Assembly: GCA_040954595.2 (NCBI GenBank)
Contig: CM082589.2
Coordinates: 9,994,894-10,058,893, forward strand
Direction: 5' to 3'
DNA: 64,000 nucleotides
Origin: Balanoglossus misakiensis
Taxonomy: Eukaryota; Animalia; Hemichordata
Made by a program: the position numbers and the translations under genes. The notes beneath the pieces are model-generated. The model saw nothing but the letters and a program-made list of their open reading frames with translations, had not been told where the DNA came from and ran no database searches. This document shows positions 30,001 through 41,614 of the stretch, one piece after another. Every line of letters starts with the position of its first letter. Within the stretch, counting starts at the first letter, position 1.

Positions 30001-33000
30001 GACAAATTTTCGACTTTGCAAAATCTCACAATTTCGTCGATTTTTGAAAAAAATCATGGGTGAAAATCATCAAAAAATTACAAATTTTCGACTTTGCAAA
30101 ATCTCAACATTTCGTCAATTTTTGAAAAAATCATGGGTGAAAATCATCAAAAAATGACAAATTTTCGTCTTTGCAAAATCTCAAAATTTCGTCGATTTTG
30201 AAAAAAATCATAGGTTCGTCGATTTAAAAAAAAAACATGGGTGAAAATCATCAAAAAATGACAAATTTTCGACTTTGCAAAATCTCACAATTTCGTCGAT
30301 TTTTGAAAAAAATCATGGGAGAAAATCATCAAAAAATGACAAATTTTCGACTTTGCAAAATCTCAACATTTCGTCGATTTTTGAAAAAAATCATGGGTGA
30401 AAATCATCAAAAAATGACAAATTTTCGACTTTGCAAAATCTCAAAATTTCGTCGATTTTTGAAAAAAAATCATGGGTGTAAATCATCAAAAAATGACAAA
30501 TTTTCGTCTTTGCAAAATCTCAAAATTTCGTCCATTTTTGAATAAAAATCATGGGTGAAAATCATCAAAAAATGACACATTTTCGACTTTGCAAAATCTA
30601 AAAATTTCGTCGATTTTTGAAAAAAATCATGGTTGAAAATCATCAAAAAATGACAAAATTTTCGACTTTGTAAAATCACAAAATTTCGTCGATTTTGAAA
30701 AAAATCATAGGTTCGTCGATTTTTGAAAAAAAACATGGGGGAAAATCATTAAAAATGACAAATTTTCGACTGCAAAATCTCAACATTTCGTCGATTTTTG
30801 AAAAAAATCATGGGTGAAAATCATCAAAAAATGACAAATTTTCGACTTTGCAAAATCTCAACATTTCGTCGATTTTTGAAAAAAATCATGGGTGAAAATC
30901 ATCAAAAAATGACAAATTATCGACTTTGCAAAATCTCACAATTTCGTCGATTTTTGAAAAAAATCATGGGTGAAAATCATCAAAAAATTACAAATTTTCG
31001 ACTTTGCAAAATCTCAACATTTCGTCGATTTTTTAAAAAAATCATGGGTGAAAATCATCAAAAAATGACAAATTTTCGACTTTGCAAAATCTCAAAATTT
31101 CGTCAATTTTTGAAAAAAATCATGGGTGAAAATCATCAAAAAATGACAAATTTTCGACTTTGCAAAATCTCAAAATTTCGTCAATTTTTGAAAAAAATCA
31201 TGGGTGAAAATCATCAAAAAATGACAAATTTTCGACTTTGCAAAATCTCAACATTTCATCGATTTTTGAAAAAAAATCATGGTTGAAAATCATCAAAAAA
31301 TGACAAATTTTCGTCTTTGCAAAATCTCAAAATTTCGTCCATTTTTGAATAAAAATCATGGGTGAAAATCATCAAAAAATGACACATTTTCGACTTTGCA
31401 AAATCTAAAAATTTCGTCGATTTTTGAAAAAAATCATGGGTGATAATCATCAAAAAATGACAAATTATCGACTTTGCAAAATCTCAAAATTTCGTCCATT
31501 TTAAAAAAAAAACATTGGGGAAAATCATCAAAAAATGACAAATTTTCGACTTTGCAAAATCTCAACATTTCATCGATTTTTGAAAAAAATCATGGGTGAA
31601 AATCATCAAAAAATGACAAATTTTCGTCTATGCAAAATCTCAAAATTTCGTCGGTTTTTGAAAAATAATATGGTTGAAAATCATCAAAAAATGACAAAAT
31701 TATCGACTTTGCAAAATCTCACAATTTCGTCGATTTTTGAAAAAAAATCATGGGTGAAAATCATCAAAAAATTACAAATTTTCGACTTTGCAAAATCTCA
31801 ACATTTCGTCGATTTTTGAAAAAAATCATGGGTGAAAATCATCAAAAAATGACAAATTTTCGACTTTGCAAAATCTCAAAATTTCGTCCATTTTAAAAAA
31901 AAAACATGGGGGAAAATCATCAAAAAATGAGAAAATTTTCGACTTTGCAAAATCTCAAAATTTCGTCTATTTTGAAAAAAAACATTGGGGGAAAATCATC
32001 AAAAAATGACAAATTATCGACTTTGCAAAATCTCACAATTTCGTCGATTTTTGAAAAAAATCATGGGTGAAAATCATCAAAAAATTACAAATTTTCGACT
32101 TTGCAAAATCTCAACATTTCGTCGATTTTTGAAAAAAATCATGGGTGAAAATCATCAAAAAATTACAAATTTTCGACTTTGCAAAATCTCAACATTTCGT
32201 CGATTTTTGAAAAAAATCATGGGTGAAAATCATCAAAAAATGACAAATTTTCGACTTTGCAAAATCTCAAAATTTCGTCAATTTTTGAAAAAATCATGGG
32301 TGAAAATCATCAAAAAATGACAAATTTTCGTCTATGCAAAATCTCAAAATTTCGTCGGTTTTTGAAAAATAATATGGTTGAAAATCATCAAAAAATGACA
32401 AAATTATCGACTTTGCAAAATCTCAACATTTCGTCGATTTTTGAAAAAAATCATGGGTGAAAATCATCAAAAAATGACAAATTTTTGACTTTGCAAAATC
32501 TCAAAATTTCGTCGATTTTGAAAAAAATCATAGGTTCGTCGATTTAAAAAAAAAAAACATGGGTGAAAATCATCAAAAAATGACAAATTTTCGACTTTGC
32601 AAAATCTCACAATTTCGTCGATTTTTGAAAAAAATCATGGGAGAAAATCATCAAAAAATGACAAATTTTCGACTTTGCAAAATCTCAACATTTCGTCGAT
32701 TTTTGAAAAAAATCATGGGTGAAAATCATCAAAAAATGACAAATTTTCGACTTTGCAAAATCTCAACATTTCGTCGATTTTTGAAAAAAATCATGGGTGA
32801 AAATCATCAAAAAATGACAAATTTTCGACTTTGCAAAATCTCAAAATTTCGTCGATTTTGAAAAAAATCATAGGTTCGTCGTTTTTTTTAAAAAAAAAAC
32901 ATGGGTGAAAATCATCAAAAAATGACAAATTTTTGACTTTGCAAAATCTCACAATTTCGTCGATTTTTGAAAAAAATCATGGGTGAAAATCATCAAAAAA

Positions 33001-36000
33001 TGACAAATTTTCGACTTTGCAAAATCTCAAAATTTCGTCCATTTTAAAAAAAAAACATGGGGGAAAATCATCAAAAAATGACAAATTTTCGACTTTGCAA
33101 AATCTCAAAATTTCGTCGATTTTGAAAAAAACCATTGGGGGAAAATCATCAAAAAATGACAAATTTTCGACTTTGCAAAATCTCAAAATTTCGTCAATTT
33201 TTGAAAAAATCATGGGTGAAAATCATCAAAAAATTACAAATTTTCGTCTATGCAAAATCTCAAAATTTCGTCGGTTTTTGAAAAATAATATGGTTGAAAA
33301 TCATCAAAAAATGACAAAATTATCGACTTTGCAAAATCTCAACATTTCGTCGATTTTTGAAAAAAATCATGGGTGAAAATCATCAAAAAATGACAAATTT
33401 TCGACTTTGCAAAATCTCAAAATTTCGTCGATTTTGAAAAAAATCATAGGTTCGTCGATTTAAAAAAAAAAAACATGGGTGAAAATCATCAAAAAATGAC
33501 AAATTTTCGACTTTGCAAAATCTCACAATTTCGTCGATTTTTGAAAAAAATCATGGGAGAAAATCATCAAAAAATGACAAATTTTCGACTTTGCAAAATC
33601 TCAACATTTCGTCGATTTTTGAAAAAAATCATGGGTGAAAATCATCAAAAAATGACAAATTTTCGACTTTGCAAAATCTCAACATTTCGTCCATTTTAAA
33701 AAAAAACATGGGGGAAAATCATCAAAAAATGAGAAAATTTTCGACTTTGCAAAATCTCAAAATTTCGTCTATTTTGAAAATAAACATTGGGGGAAAATCA
33801 TCAAAAAATGACAAATTATCGACTTTGCAAAATCTCACAATTTCGTCGATTTTTGAAAAAAATCATGGGTGAAAATCATCAAAAAATTACAAATTTTCGA
33901 CTTTGCAAAATCTCAACATTTCGTCGATTTTTGAAAAAAATCATGGGTGAAAATCATCAAAAAATGACAAATTTTCGACTTTGCAAAATCTCAAAATTTC
34001 GTCAATTTTTGAAAAAATCATGGGTGAAAATCATCAAAAAATGACAAATTTTCGTCTATGCAAAATCTCAAAATTTCGTCGGTTTTTGAAAAATAATATG
34101 GTTGAAAATCATCAAAAAATGACAAAATTATCGACTTTGCAAAATCTCAACATTTCGTCGATTTTTGAAAAAAATCATGGGTGAAAATCATCAAAAAATG
34201 ACAAATTTTCGACTTTGCAAAATCTCAAAATTTCGTCGATTTTGAAAAAAATCATAGGTTCGTCGATTTAAAAAAAAAAAACATGGGTGAAAATCATCAA
34301 AAAATGACAAATTTTCGACTTTGCAAAATCTCACAATTTCGTCGATTTTTGAAAAAAATCATGGGAGAAAATCATCAAAAAATGACAAATTTTCGACTTT
34401 GCAAAATCTCAACATTTCGTCGATTTTTGAAAAAAATCATGGGTGAAAATCATCAAAAAATGACAAATTTTCGACTTTGCAAAATCTCAACATTTCGTCG
34501 ATTTTTGAAAAAAATCATGGGTGAAAATCATCAAAAAATGACAAATTTTCGACTTTGCAAAATCTCAAAATTTCGTCGATTTTGAAAAAAATCATAGGTT
34601 CGTCGTTTTTTTTAAAAAAAAACATGGGTGAAAATCATCAAAAAATGACAAATTTTTGACTTTGCAAAATCTCACAATTTCGTCGATTTTTGAAAAAAAT
34701 CATGGGTGAAAATCATCAAAAAATGACAAATTTTCGACTTTGCAAAATCTCAAAATTTCGTCCATTTTAAAAAAAAAACATGGGGGAAAATCATCAAAAA
34801 ATGACAAATTTTCGACTTTGCAAAATCTCAAAATTTCGTCGATTTTGAAAAAAACCATTGGGGGAAAATCATCAAAAAATGACAAATTTTCGACTTTGCA
34901 AAATCTCAAAATTTCGTCAATTTTTGAAAAAATCATGGGTGAAAATCATCAAAAAATTACAAATTTTCGTCTATGCAAAATCTCAAAATTTCGTCGGTTT
35001 TTGAAAAATAATATGGTTGAAAATCATCAAAAAATGACAAAATTATCGACTTTGCAAAATCTCAACATTTCGTCGATTTTTGAAAAAAATCATGGGTGAA
35101 AATCATCAAAAAATGACAAATTTTCGACTTTGCAAAATCTCAAAATTTCGTCGATTTTGAAAAAAATCATAGGTTCGTCGATTTAAAAAAAAAAAACATG
35201 GGTGAAAATCATCAAAAAATGACAAATTTTCGACTTTGCAAAATCTCACAATTTCGTCGATTTTTGAAAAAAATCATGGGAGAAAATCATCAAAAAATGA
35301 CAAATTTTCGACTTTGCAAAATCTCAACATTTCGTCGATTTTTGAAAAAAATCATGGGTGAAAATCATCAAAAAATGACAAATTTTCGACTTTGCAAAAT
35401 CTCAACATTTCGTCGATTTTTGAAAAAAATCATGGGTGAAAATCATCAAAAAATGACAAATTTTCGATTTTGCAAAATCTCAAAATTTCGTCGATTTTGA
35501 AAAAAATCATAGGTTCGTCGTTTTTTTTAAAAAAAAACATGGGTGAAAATCATCAAAAAATGACAAATTTTTGACTTTGCAAAATCTCACAATTTCGTCG
35601 ATTTTTGAAAAAAATCATGGGTGAAAATCATCAAAAAATGACAAATTTTCGACTTTGCAAAATCTCAAAATTTCGTCCATTTTAAAAAAAAACATGGGGG
35701 AAAATCATCAAAAAATGACAAATTTTCGACTTTGCAAAATCTCAAAATTTCGTCGAATTTGAAAAAAACCATTGGGGGAAAATCATCAAAAAATGACAAA
35801 TTTTCGACTTTGCAAAATCTCAAAATTTCGTCGATTTTGAAAAAAAACCATTGGGGGAAAATCATCAAAAAATTACAAATTTTCGACTTTGCAAAATCTC
35901 AACATTTCGTCGATTTTGAAAAAAAACCATTGGGGGAAAATCATCAAAAAATTACAAATTTTCGACTTTGCAAAATCTCAACATTTCGTCGATTTTTGAA

Positions 36001-37546
36001 AAAAATCATGGGTGAAAATAATCAAAAAATGACAAATTTTCGACTTTGCAAAATCTCAAAATTTCGTCGATTTTGAAAAAAATCATAGGTTCGTCGATTT
36101 TAAAAAAAAAACATGGGTGAAAATCATCAAAAAATGACAAATTTTCGACTTTGCAAAATCTCACAATTTTGTCGATTTTTGAAAAAAATCATGGGAGAAA
36201 ATCATCAAAAAATGACAAATTTTCGACTTTGCAAAATCTCAAAATTTCGTCGATTTTGAAAAAAATCATAGGTTCGTCGATTTAAAAAAAAAAACATGGG
36301 TGAAAATCATCAAAAAATGACAAATTTTCGACTTTGCAAAATCTCACAATTTCGTCGATTTTTGAAAAAAATCATGGGAGAAAATCATCAAAAAATGACA
36401 AATTTTCGACTTTGCAAAATCTCAACATTTCGTCGATTTTTGAAAAAATTCATGGGTGAAAATCATCAAAAAATGACAAATTTTCGACTTTACAAAATCT
36501 CAACATTTCGTCGATTTTTGAAAAAAATCATGGGTGAAAATCATCAAAAAATGACAAATTTTCGACTTTGCAAAATCTCAAAATTTCGTCGATTTTGAAA
36601 AAAATCATAGGTTCGTCGTTTTTTTTAAAAAAAAACATGGGTGAAAATCATCAAAAAATGACAAATTTTTGACTTTGCAAAATCTCACAATTTCGTCGAT
36701 TTTTGAAAAAAATCATGGGTGAAAATCATCAAAAAATGACAAATTTTCGACTTTGCAAAATCTCAAAATTTCGTCCATTTTAAAAAAAAAACATGGGGGA
36801 AAATCATCAAAAAATGACAAATTTTCGACTTTGCAAAATCTCAAAATTTCGTCGATTTTGAAAAAAACCATTGGGGGAAAATCATCAAAAAATGACAAAT
36901 TTTCGACTTTGCAAAATCTCAAAATTTCGTCGATTTTGAAAAAAAACCATTGGGGGAAAATCATCAAAAAATTACAAATTTTCGACTTTGCAAAATCTCA
37001 ACATTTCGTCGATTTTTGAAAAAAATCATGGGTGAAAATCATCAAAAAATGACAAATTTTCGACTTTGCAAAATCTCAAAATTTCGTCGATTTTGAAAAA
37101 AATCATAGGTTCGTCGATTTTAAAAAAAAAACATGGGTGAAAATCATCAAAAAATGACAAATTTTCGACTTTGCAAAATCTCACAATTTTGTCGATTTTT
37201 GAAAAAAATCATGGGAGAAAATCATCAAAAAATGACAAATTTTCGACTTTGCAAAATCTCAACATTTCGTCGATTTTTGAAAAAAATCATGGGTGAAAAT
37301 CATCAAAAAATTACAAATTTTCGACTGTGCAAAATCTCAAAATTTCGTCGATTTTTGAAAAAAAATCATGGGTGAAAATCATCAAAAAATGACACATTTT
37401 CGACTTTGCAAAATCTAAAAATTTCGTCGATTTTTGAAAAAAAATCATGGGTAAAAATCATCAAAAAATGACAAATTTTCGACTTTGCAAAATCTCAAAA
37501 TTTCGTCGATTTTGAAAAAAAACATTGGGGGAAAATCATCAAAAAA
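1..37546. repeat. 78-bp AT-rich tandem satellite array (main block), with interspersed ~28-bp deleted monomers
   Basis: Head-to-tail consensus ATCATGGGTGAAAATCATCAAAAAATGACAAATTTTCGACTTTGCAAAATCTCAAAATTTCGTCGATTTTTGAAAAAA (78 bp, variable A-tract). It gives the recurring 26-aa pseudo-peptide MGENHQKMTNFRLCKISKFRRFLKKI in the ORF track. The array continues beyond the left edge. Confidence 0.98.
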
Positions 37547-37614
37547 TAGCGTCAAGGACACTGTGGTCCCATTTGAGGACATAGCTCATAGCAACATAGC
37601 AATAAGCATATCTA

Positions 37615-38540
37615 CTCTGGATGCCAAGATATGGAAAAGTAGGTCAAAGGTCACCTGAGGTCATGCAAAATTTGGGCAAGACATTTTGACCCTATACTGG
37701 TCCATGTTCAACAAAACAAAACCTATAGCCCTATTGGTTAGCCTGGAATTAGGTATGCACATAATTAATGAGATATGCAGGTGTCACAGGTGACCTTCAA
37801 TTTTGGCTTTTCAATTTTAGTCCCAACCCTCCAAACGCGAAGTCTGTACCTGCTCTGGATGCCAAGATATGGAAAAGTAGGTCAAAGGTCACCTGAGATC
37901 ATGCAAAATTTGGGCAAGAAATTTTGACCCTATACTGGTCCATGTTCAACAAAAAGCAAACCTATAGCCCTATTGGTTAGCCTGGAATTAGGTATGCACA
38001 AAATTAATGAGATATGCAGGTGTCACAGGTGACCCCCAATTTTGGCTTTTCAATTTTAGTCCCAACCCTCCAAACGCCAAGTCTGTACCTGCTCTGGATG
38101 CCAAGATATGGAAAAGTAGGTCAAAGGTCACCTGAGGTCATGCAAAATTTGGGTAAGAAATTTTGACCCTATACTGGTCCATGCTCAACAAAAACCAAAA
38201 GTATAGCCCTATTGGTTAGCCTGGAATTAGGTATGCACATAATTAATGAGATATGCAGGTGTCACAGGTGACCCATATTTTGGCTTTTCAATTTTAGTCC
38301 CAACCCTCCAAACGCCAAGTCTGTACCTGCTCTGGATGCCGAGATATAGCAAAGTAGGTCAAAGGTCACCTGAGGTCACCCAAAATTTGGGCAAGAAATT
38401 TTGACCCTATACTGGTCCATGTCCCACAAGAACGAAACCTCTAGCCCTATTAGTTAGCCCGGAATTAGGTATGCACATAATTAATGTGTTAAGCAGGTGT
38501 TACAGGTAAGCCCAAAAATTTGCCTTTTATTTTGGCCCCA
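37615..38540. repeat. Internal tandem repeat of HINE-A copy 1, ~238-239 bp x ~3.9
   Basis: CTCTGGATGCC(A/G)AGATAT unit starts at 37615, 37853, 38092 and 38330. Confidence 0.95.
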
Positions 38541-38941
38541 TTGTGCTCACGGACCAATAGACAGTCACTGTACAGGACTATTGCACAGACCAGAATTCCA
38601 CAATAAGACGTGGACATAGCTTAACCATAGAGGTATAAGTAAAGTTATAAATTTAATAAAAAGACTAAAAAATTCATAAAAAATAAAACATCCATGATAT
38701 TAACTTAACACTTACAGGTCGATGTGAGGTTGACATAAGGTACATGCATACCAATTTTCAAAGCAATCTGACCAGTAGTTGTTGACTTTCAGAGTTTTGA
38801 TAAATTTCACATTTTACTGGCTAATTTGCATATTTTTGGGCCTGGCAACTTCGTTTGGACAAACTCCCATCTACAGCCCAGCCTGCACCTACACACCAAA
38901 TATTGAGGTGTTACGCACAGCGGTTTTCAAGTTTTTGATGT

Positions 38942-38990
38942 GGACGGACATACAGACATACATACATCCATACATACATCCATACAGACG
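38942..38990. repeat. Imperfect tetranucleotide microsatellite (GGAC/CATA/CAGA) of HINE-A; also at ~41515-41563
   Basis: GGACGGACATACAGACATACATACATCCATACATACATCCATACAGACG next to the terminal hairpin, the usual position in DINE-1/HINE elements. Confidence 0.9.
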
Positions 38991-39041
38991 CAACCCATCC
39001 CATAAGGTCCCATGGTATATAGGCCTATACCAATGGGACCT

Positions 39042-40119
39042 AAAAATGACAAATTATCGACTTTGCAAAATCTCACAATTTCGTCGATTTTTGAAAAAAA
39101 TCATGGGTGAAAATCATCAAAAAATGACAAATTTTCGACTTTGCAAAATCTCAACATTTCGTCGATTTTTGAAAAAAATCATGGGTGAAAATCATCAAAA
39201 AATGACAAATTTTCGACTTTGCAAAATCTCAAAATTTCGTCGATTTTGAAAAAAATCATAGGTTCGTCGATTTTAAAAAAAAACTTGGGTGAAAATCATC
39301 AAAAAATGACAAATTTTCGACTTTGCAAAATCTCACAATTTCGTCGATTTTTGAAAAAAATCATGGGAGAAAATCATCAAAAAATGACAAATTTTCGACT
39401 TTGCAAAATCTCAACATTTCGTCGATTTTTGAAAAAAATCATGGGTGAAAATCATCAAAAAATGACAAATTTTCGACTGTGCAAAATCTCAAAATTTCGT
39501 CGATTTTTGAAAAAAAATCATGGTTGAAAATCATCAAAAAATGACAAAATTTTCGACTTTGCAAAATCACACAATTTCGTCGATTTTGAAAAAAATCATA
39601 GGTTCGTCGATTTTTTTAAAAAAAAGGACATGGGTGAAAATCATCAAAAAATGACAAATTTTCGACTTTGCAAAATCTTAAAATTTCGTCGATTTTTTAA
39701 AAAAAATCATGGGTGAAAATCATCAAAAAATGACACATTTTCGACTTTGCAAAATCTTAAAATTTCGTCGATTTTTGAGAAAAATCATGGGTGAAAATCA
39801 TCAAAAAATGACAAATTTTCGACTTTGCAAAATCTCAAAATTACGTCGATTTTTGAAAAAAATCATGGGTGAAAATCATCAAAAAATGACAAATTTTCGA
39901 CTTTGCAAAATCTCAAAATTTTGTCGATTTTTGAAAAAAATCATAGGTGAAAATCATCAAAAAATGACAAATTTTCGACTTCGCAAAATCTCAAAATTTC
40001 GTCAATTTTTGAAAAAATCAGGGGTAAAAATCATCAAAAAATGACAAATTTTCGTCTTTGCTAAATCTCAAAATTTCGTCGGTTTTTGAAAAATAATATG
40101 GGTGAAAATCATCAAAAAA
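39042..40119. repeat. 78-bp satellite block between the two HINE-A copies
   Basis: Same monomer and orientation as the main array. Confidence 0.97.
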
Positions 40120-41614
40120 TAGCGTCAAGGACACTGTGGTCCCATTTGAGGACATAGCTCATAGCAACATAGCAATAAGCATATCTACTCTGGATGCCAA
40201 GATATGGAAAAGTAGGTCAAAGGTCACCTGAGGTCATGCAAAATTTGGGCAAGACATTTTGACCCTATACTGGTCCATGTTCAACAAAACAAAACCTATA
40301 GCCCTATTGGTTAGCCTGGAATTAGGTATGCACATAATTAATGAGATATGCAGGTGTCACAGGTGACCTTCAATTTTGGCTTTTCAATTTTAGTCCCAAC
40401 CCTCCAAACGCGAAGTCTGTACCTGCTCTGGATGCCAAGATATGGAAAAGTAGGTCAAAGGTCACCTGAGATCATGCAAAATTTGGGCAAGAAATTTTGA
40501 CCCTATACTGGTCCATGTTCAACAAAAAGCAAACCTATAGCCCTATTGGTTAGCCTGGAATTAGGTATGCACAAAATTAATGAGATATGCAGGTGTCACA
40601 GGTGACCCCAAATTTTGGCTTTTCAATTTTAGTCCCAACCCTCCAAACGCCAAGTCTGTACCTGCTCTGGATGCCAAGATATGGAAAAGTAGGTCAAAGG
40701 TCACCTGAGGTCATGCAAAATTTGGGTAAGAAATTTTGACCCTATACTGGTCCATGCTCAACAAAAACCAAAAGTATAGCCCTATTGGTTAGCCTGGAAT
40801 TAGGTATGCACATAATTAATGAGATATGCAGGTGTCACAGGTGACCCATATTTTGGCTTTTCAATTTTAGTCCCAACCCTCCAAACGCCAAGTCTGTACC
40901 TGCTCTGGATGCCGAGATATAGCAAAGTAGGTCAAAGGTCACCTGAGGTCACCCAAAATTTGGGCAAGAAATTTTGACCCTATACTGGTCCATGTCCCAC
41001 AAGAACGAAACCTCTAGCCCTATTAGTTAGCCCGGAATTAGGTATGCACATAATTAATGTGTTAAGCAGGTGTTACAGGTAAGCCCAAAAATTTGCCTTT
41101 TATTTTGGCCCCATTGTGCTCACGGACCAATAGACAGTCACTGTACAGGACTATTGCACAGACCAGAATTCCACAATAAGACGTGGACATAGCTTAACCA
41201 TAGAGGTATAAGTAAAGTTATAAATTTAATAAAAAGACTAAAAAATTCATAAAAAATAAAACATCCATGATATTAACTTAACACTTACAGGTCGATGTGA
41301 GGTTGACATAAGGTACATGCATACCAATTTTCAAAGCAATCTGACCAGTAGTTGTTGACTTTCAGAGTTTTGATAAATTTCACATTTTACTGGCTAATTT
41401 GCATATTTTTGGGCCTGGCAACTTCGTTTGGACAAACTCCCATCTACAGCCCAGCCTGCACCTACACACCAAATATTGAGGTGTTACGCGCAGCGGTTTT
41501 CAAGTTTTTGATGTGGACGGACATACAGACATACATACATCCATACATACATCCATACAGACGCAACCCATCCCATAAGGTCCCATGGTATATAGGCCTA
41601 TACCAATGGGACCT
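40120..41614 (-). mobile_element. Non-autonomous Helentron-type element, family A, copy 2
   Basis: Offset 2573 bp from copy 1, with the same termini and length. I noticed only two substitutions by eye (GACCCCCAAT/GACCCCAAAT and ACGCACAG/ACGCGCAG). Confidence 0.85.

Larger units (their letters stand above)
37547..39041 (-). mobile_element. Non-autonomous Helentron-type element (HINE/DINE-1-like), family A, copy 1
   Basis: On the minus strand, in order: T-tract, 5' subTIR with adjacent inverted repeat (hairpin 39005-39041), GTAT/GTCY microsatellite, ~238-bp internal tandem repeats, 3' subTIR (GGTCCCATT at 37565-37573, inverse of AATGGGACC at 39032-39040), short 3' stem-loop AGCGTC-AAG-GACACT (37548-37562), T-tract. 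It interrupts one satellite monomer in its A-run and has no coding capacity. Confidence 0.85.

Noticed and set aside
183-37375. Dozens of K/F/I-rich ORFs (MGENHQKMTNFRLCKISK... and other frames); likewise 39219-45085 and 58736-60304
   Set aside because: They are translations of a 78-bp (26-codon) monomer and are broken at random by A-tract indels.
1-37546. CRISPR array
   Set aside because: There are no unique spacers and no cas genes, and the context is eukaryotic (spliceosomal introns).
37541-37547. AAAAAT as a target-site duplication, implying a cut-and-paste MITE
   Set aside because: It cannot be separated from T-tract termini inserted in an A-run. The asymmetric subTIR/hairpin/microsatellite structure fits Helentron-type elements better.
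38779-39249. 156-aa ORF with hydrophobic N-terminus (and 41352-41666, 41585-41995)
   Set aside because: It starts at TTG and reads through the HINE microsatellite and hairpin into satellite, so it is a chimeric chance ORF.
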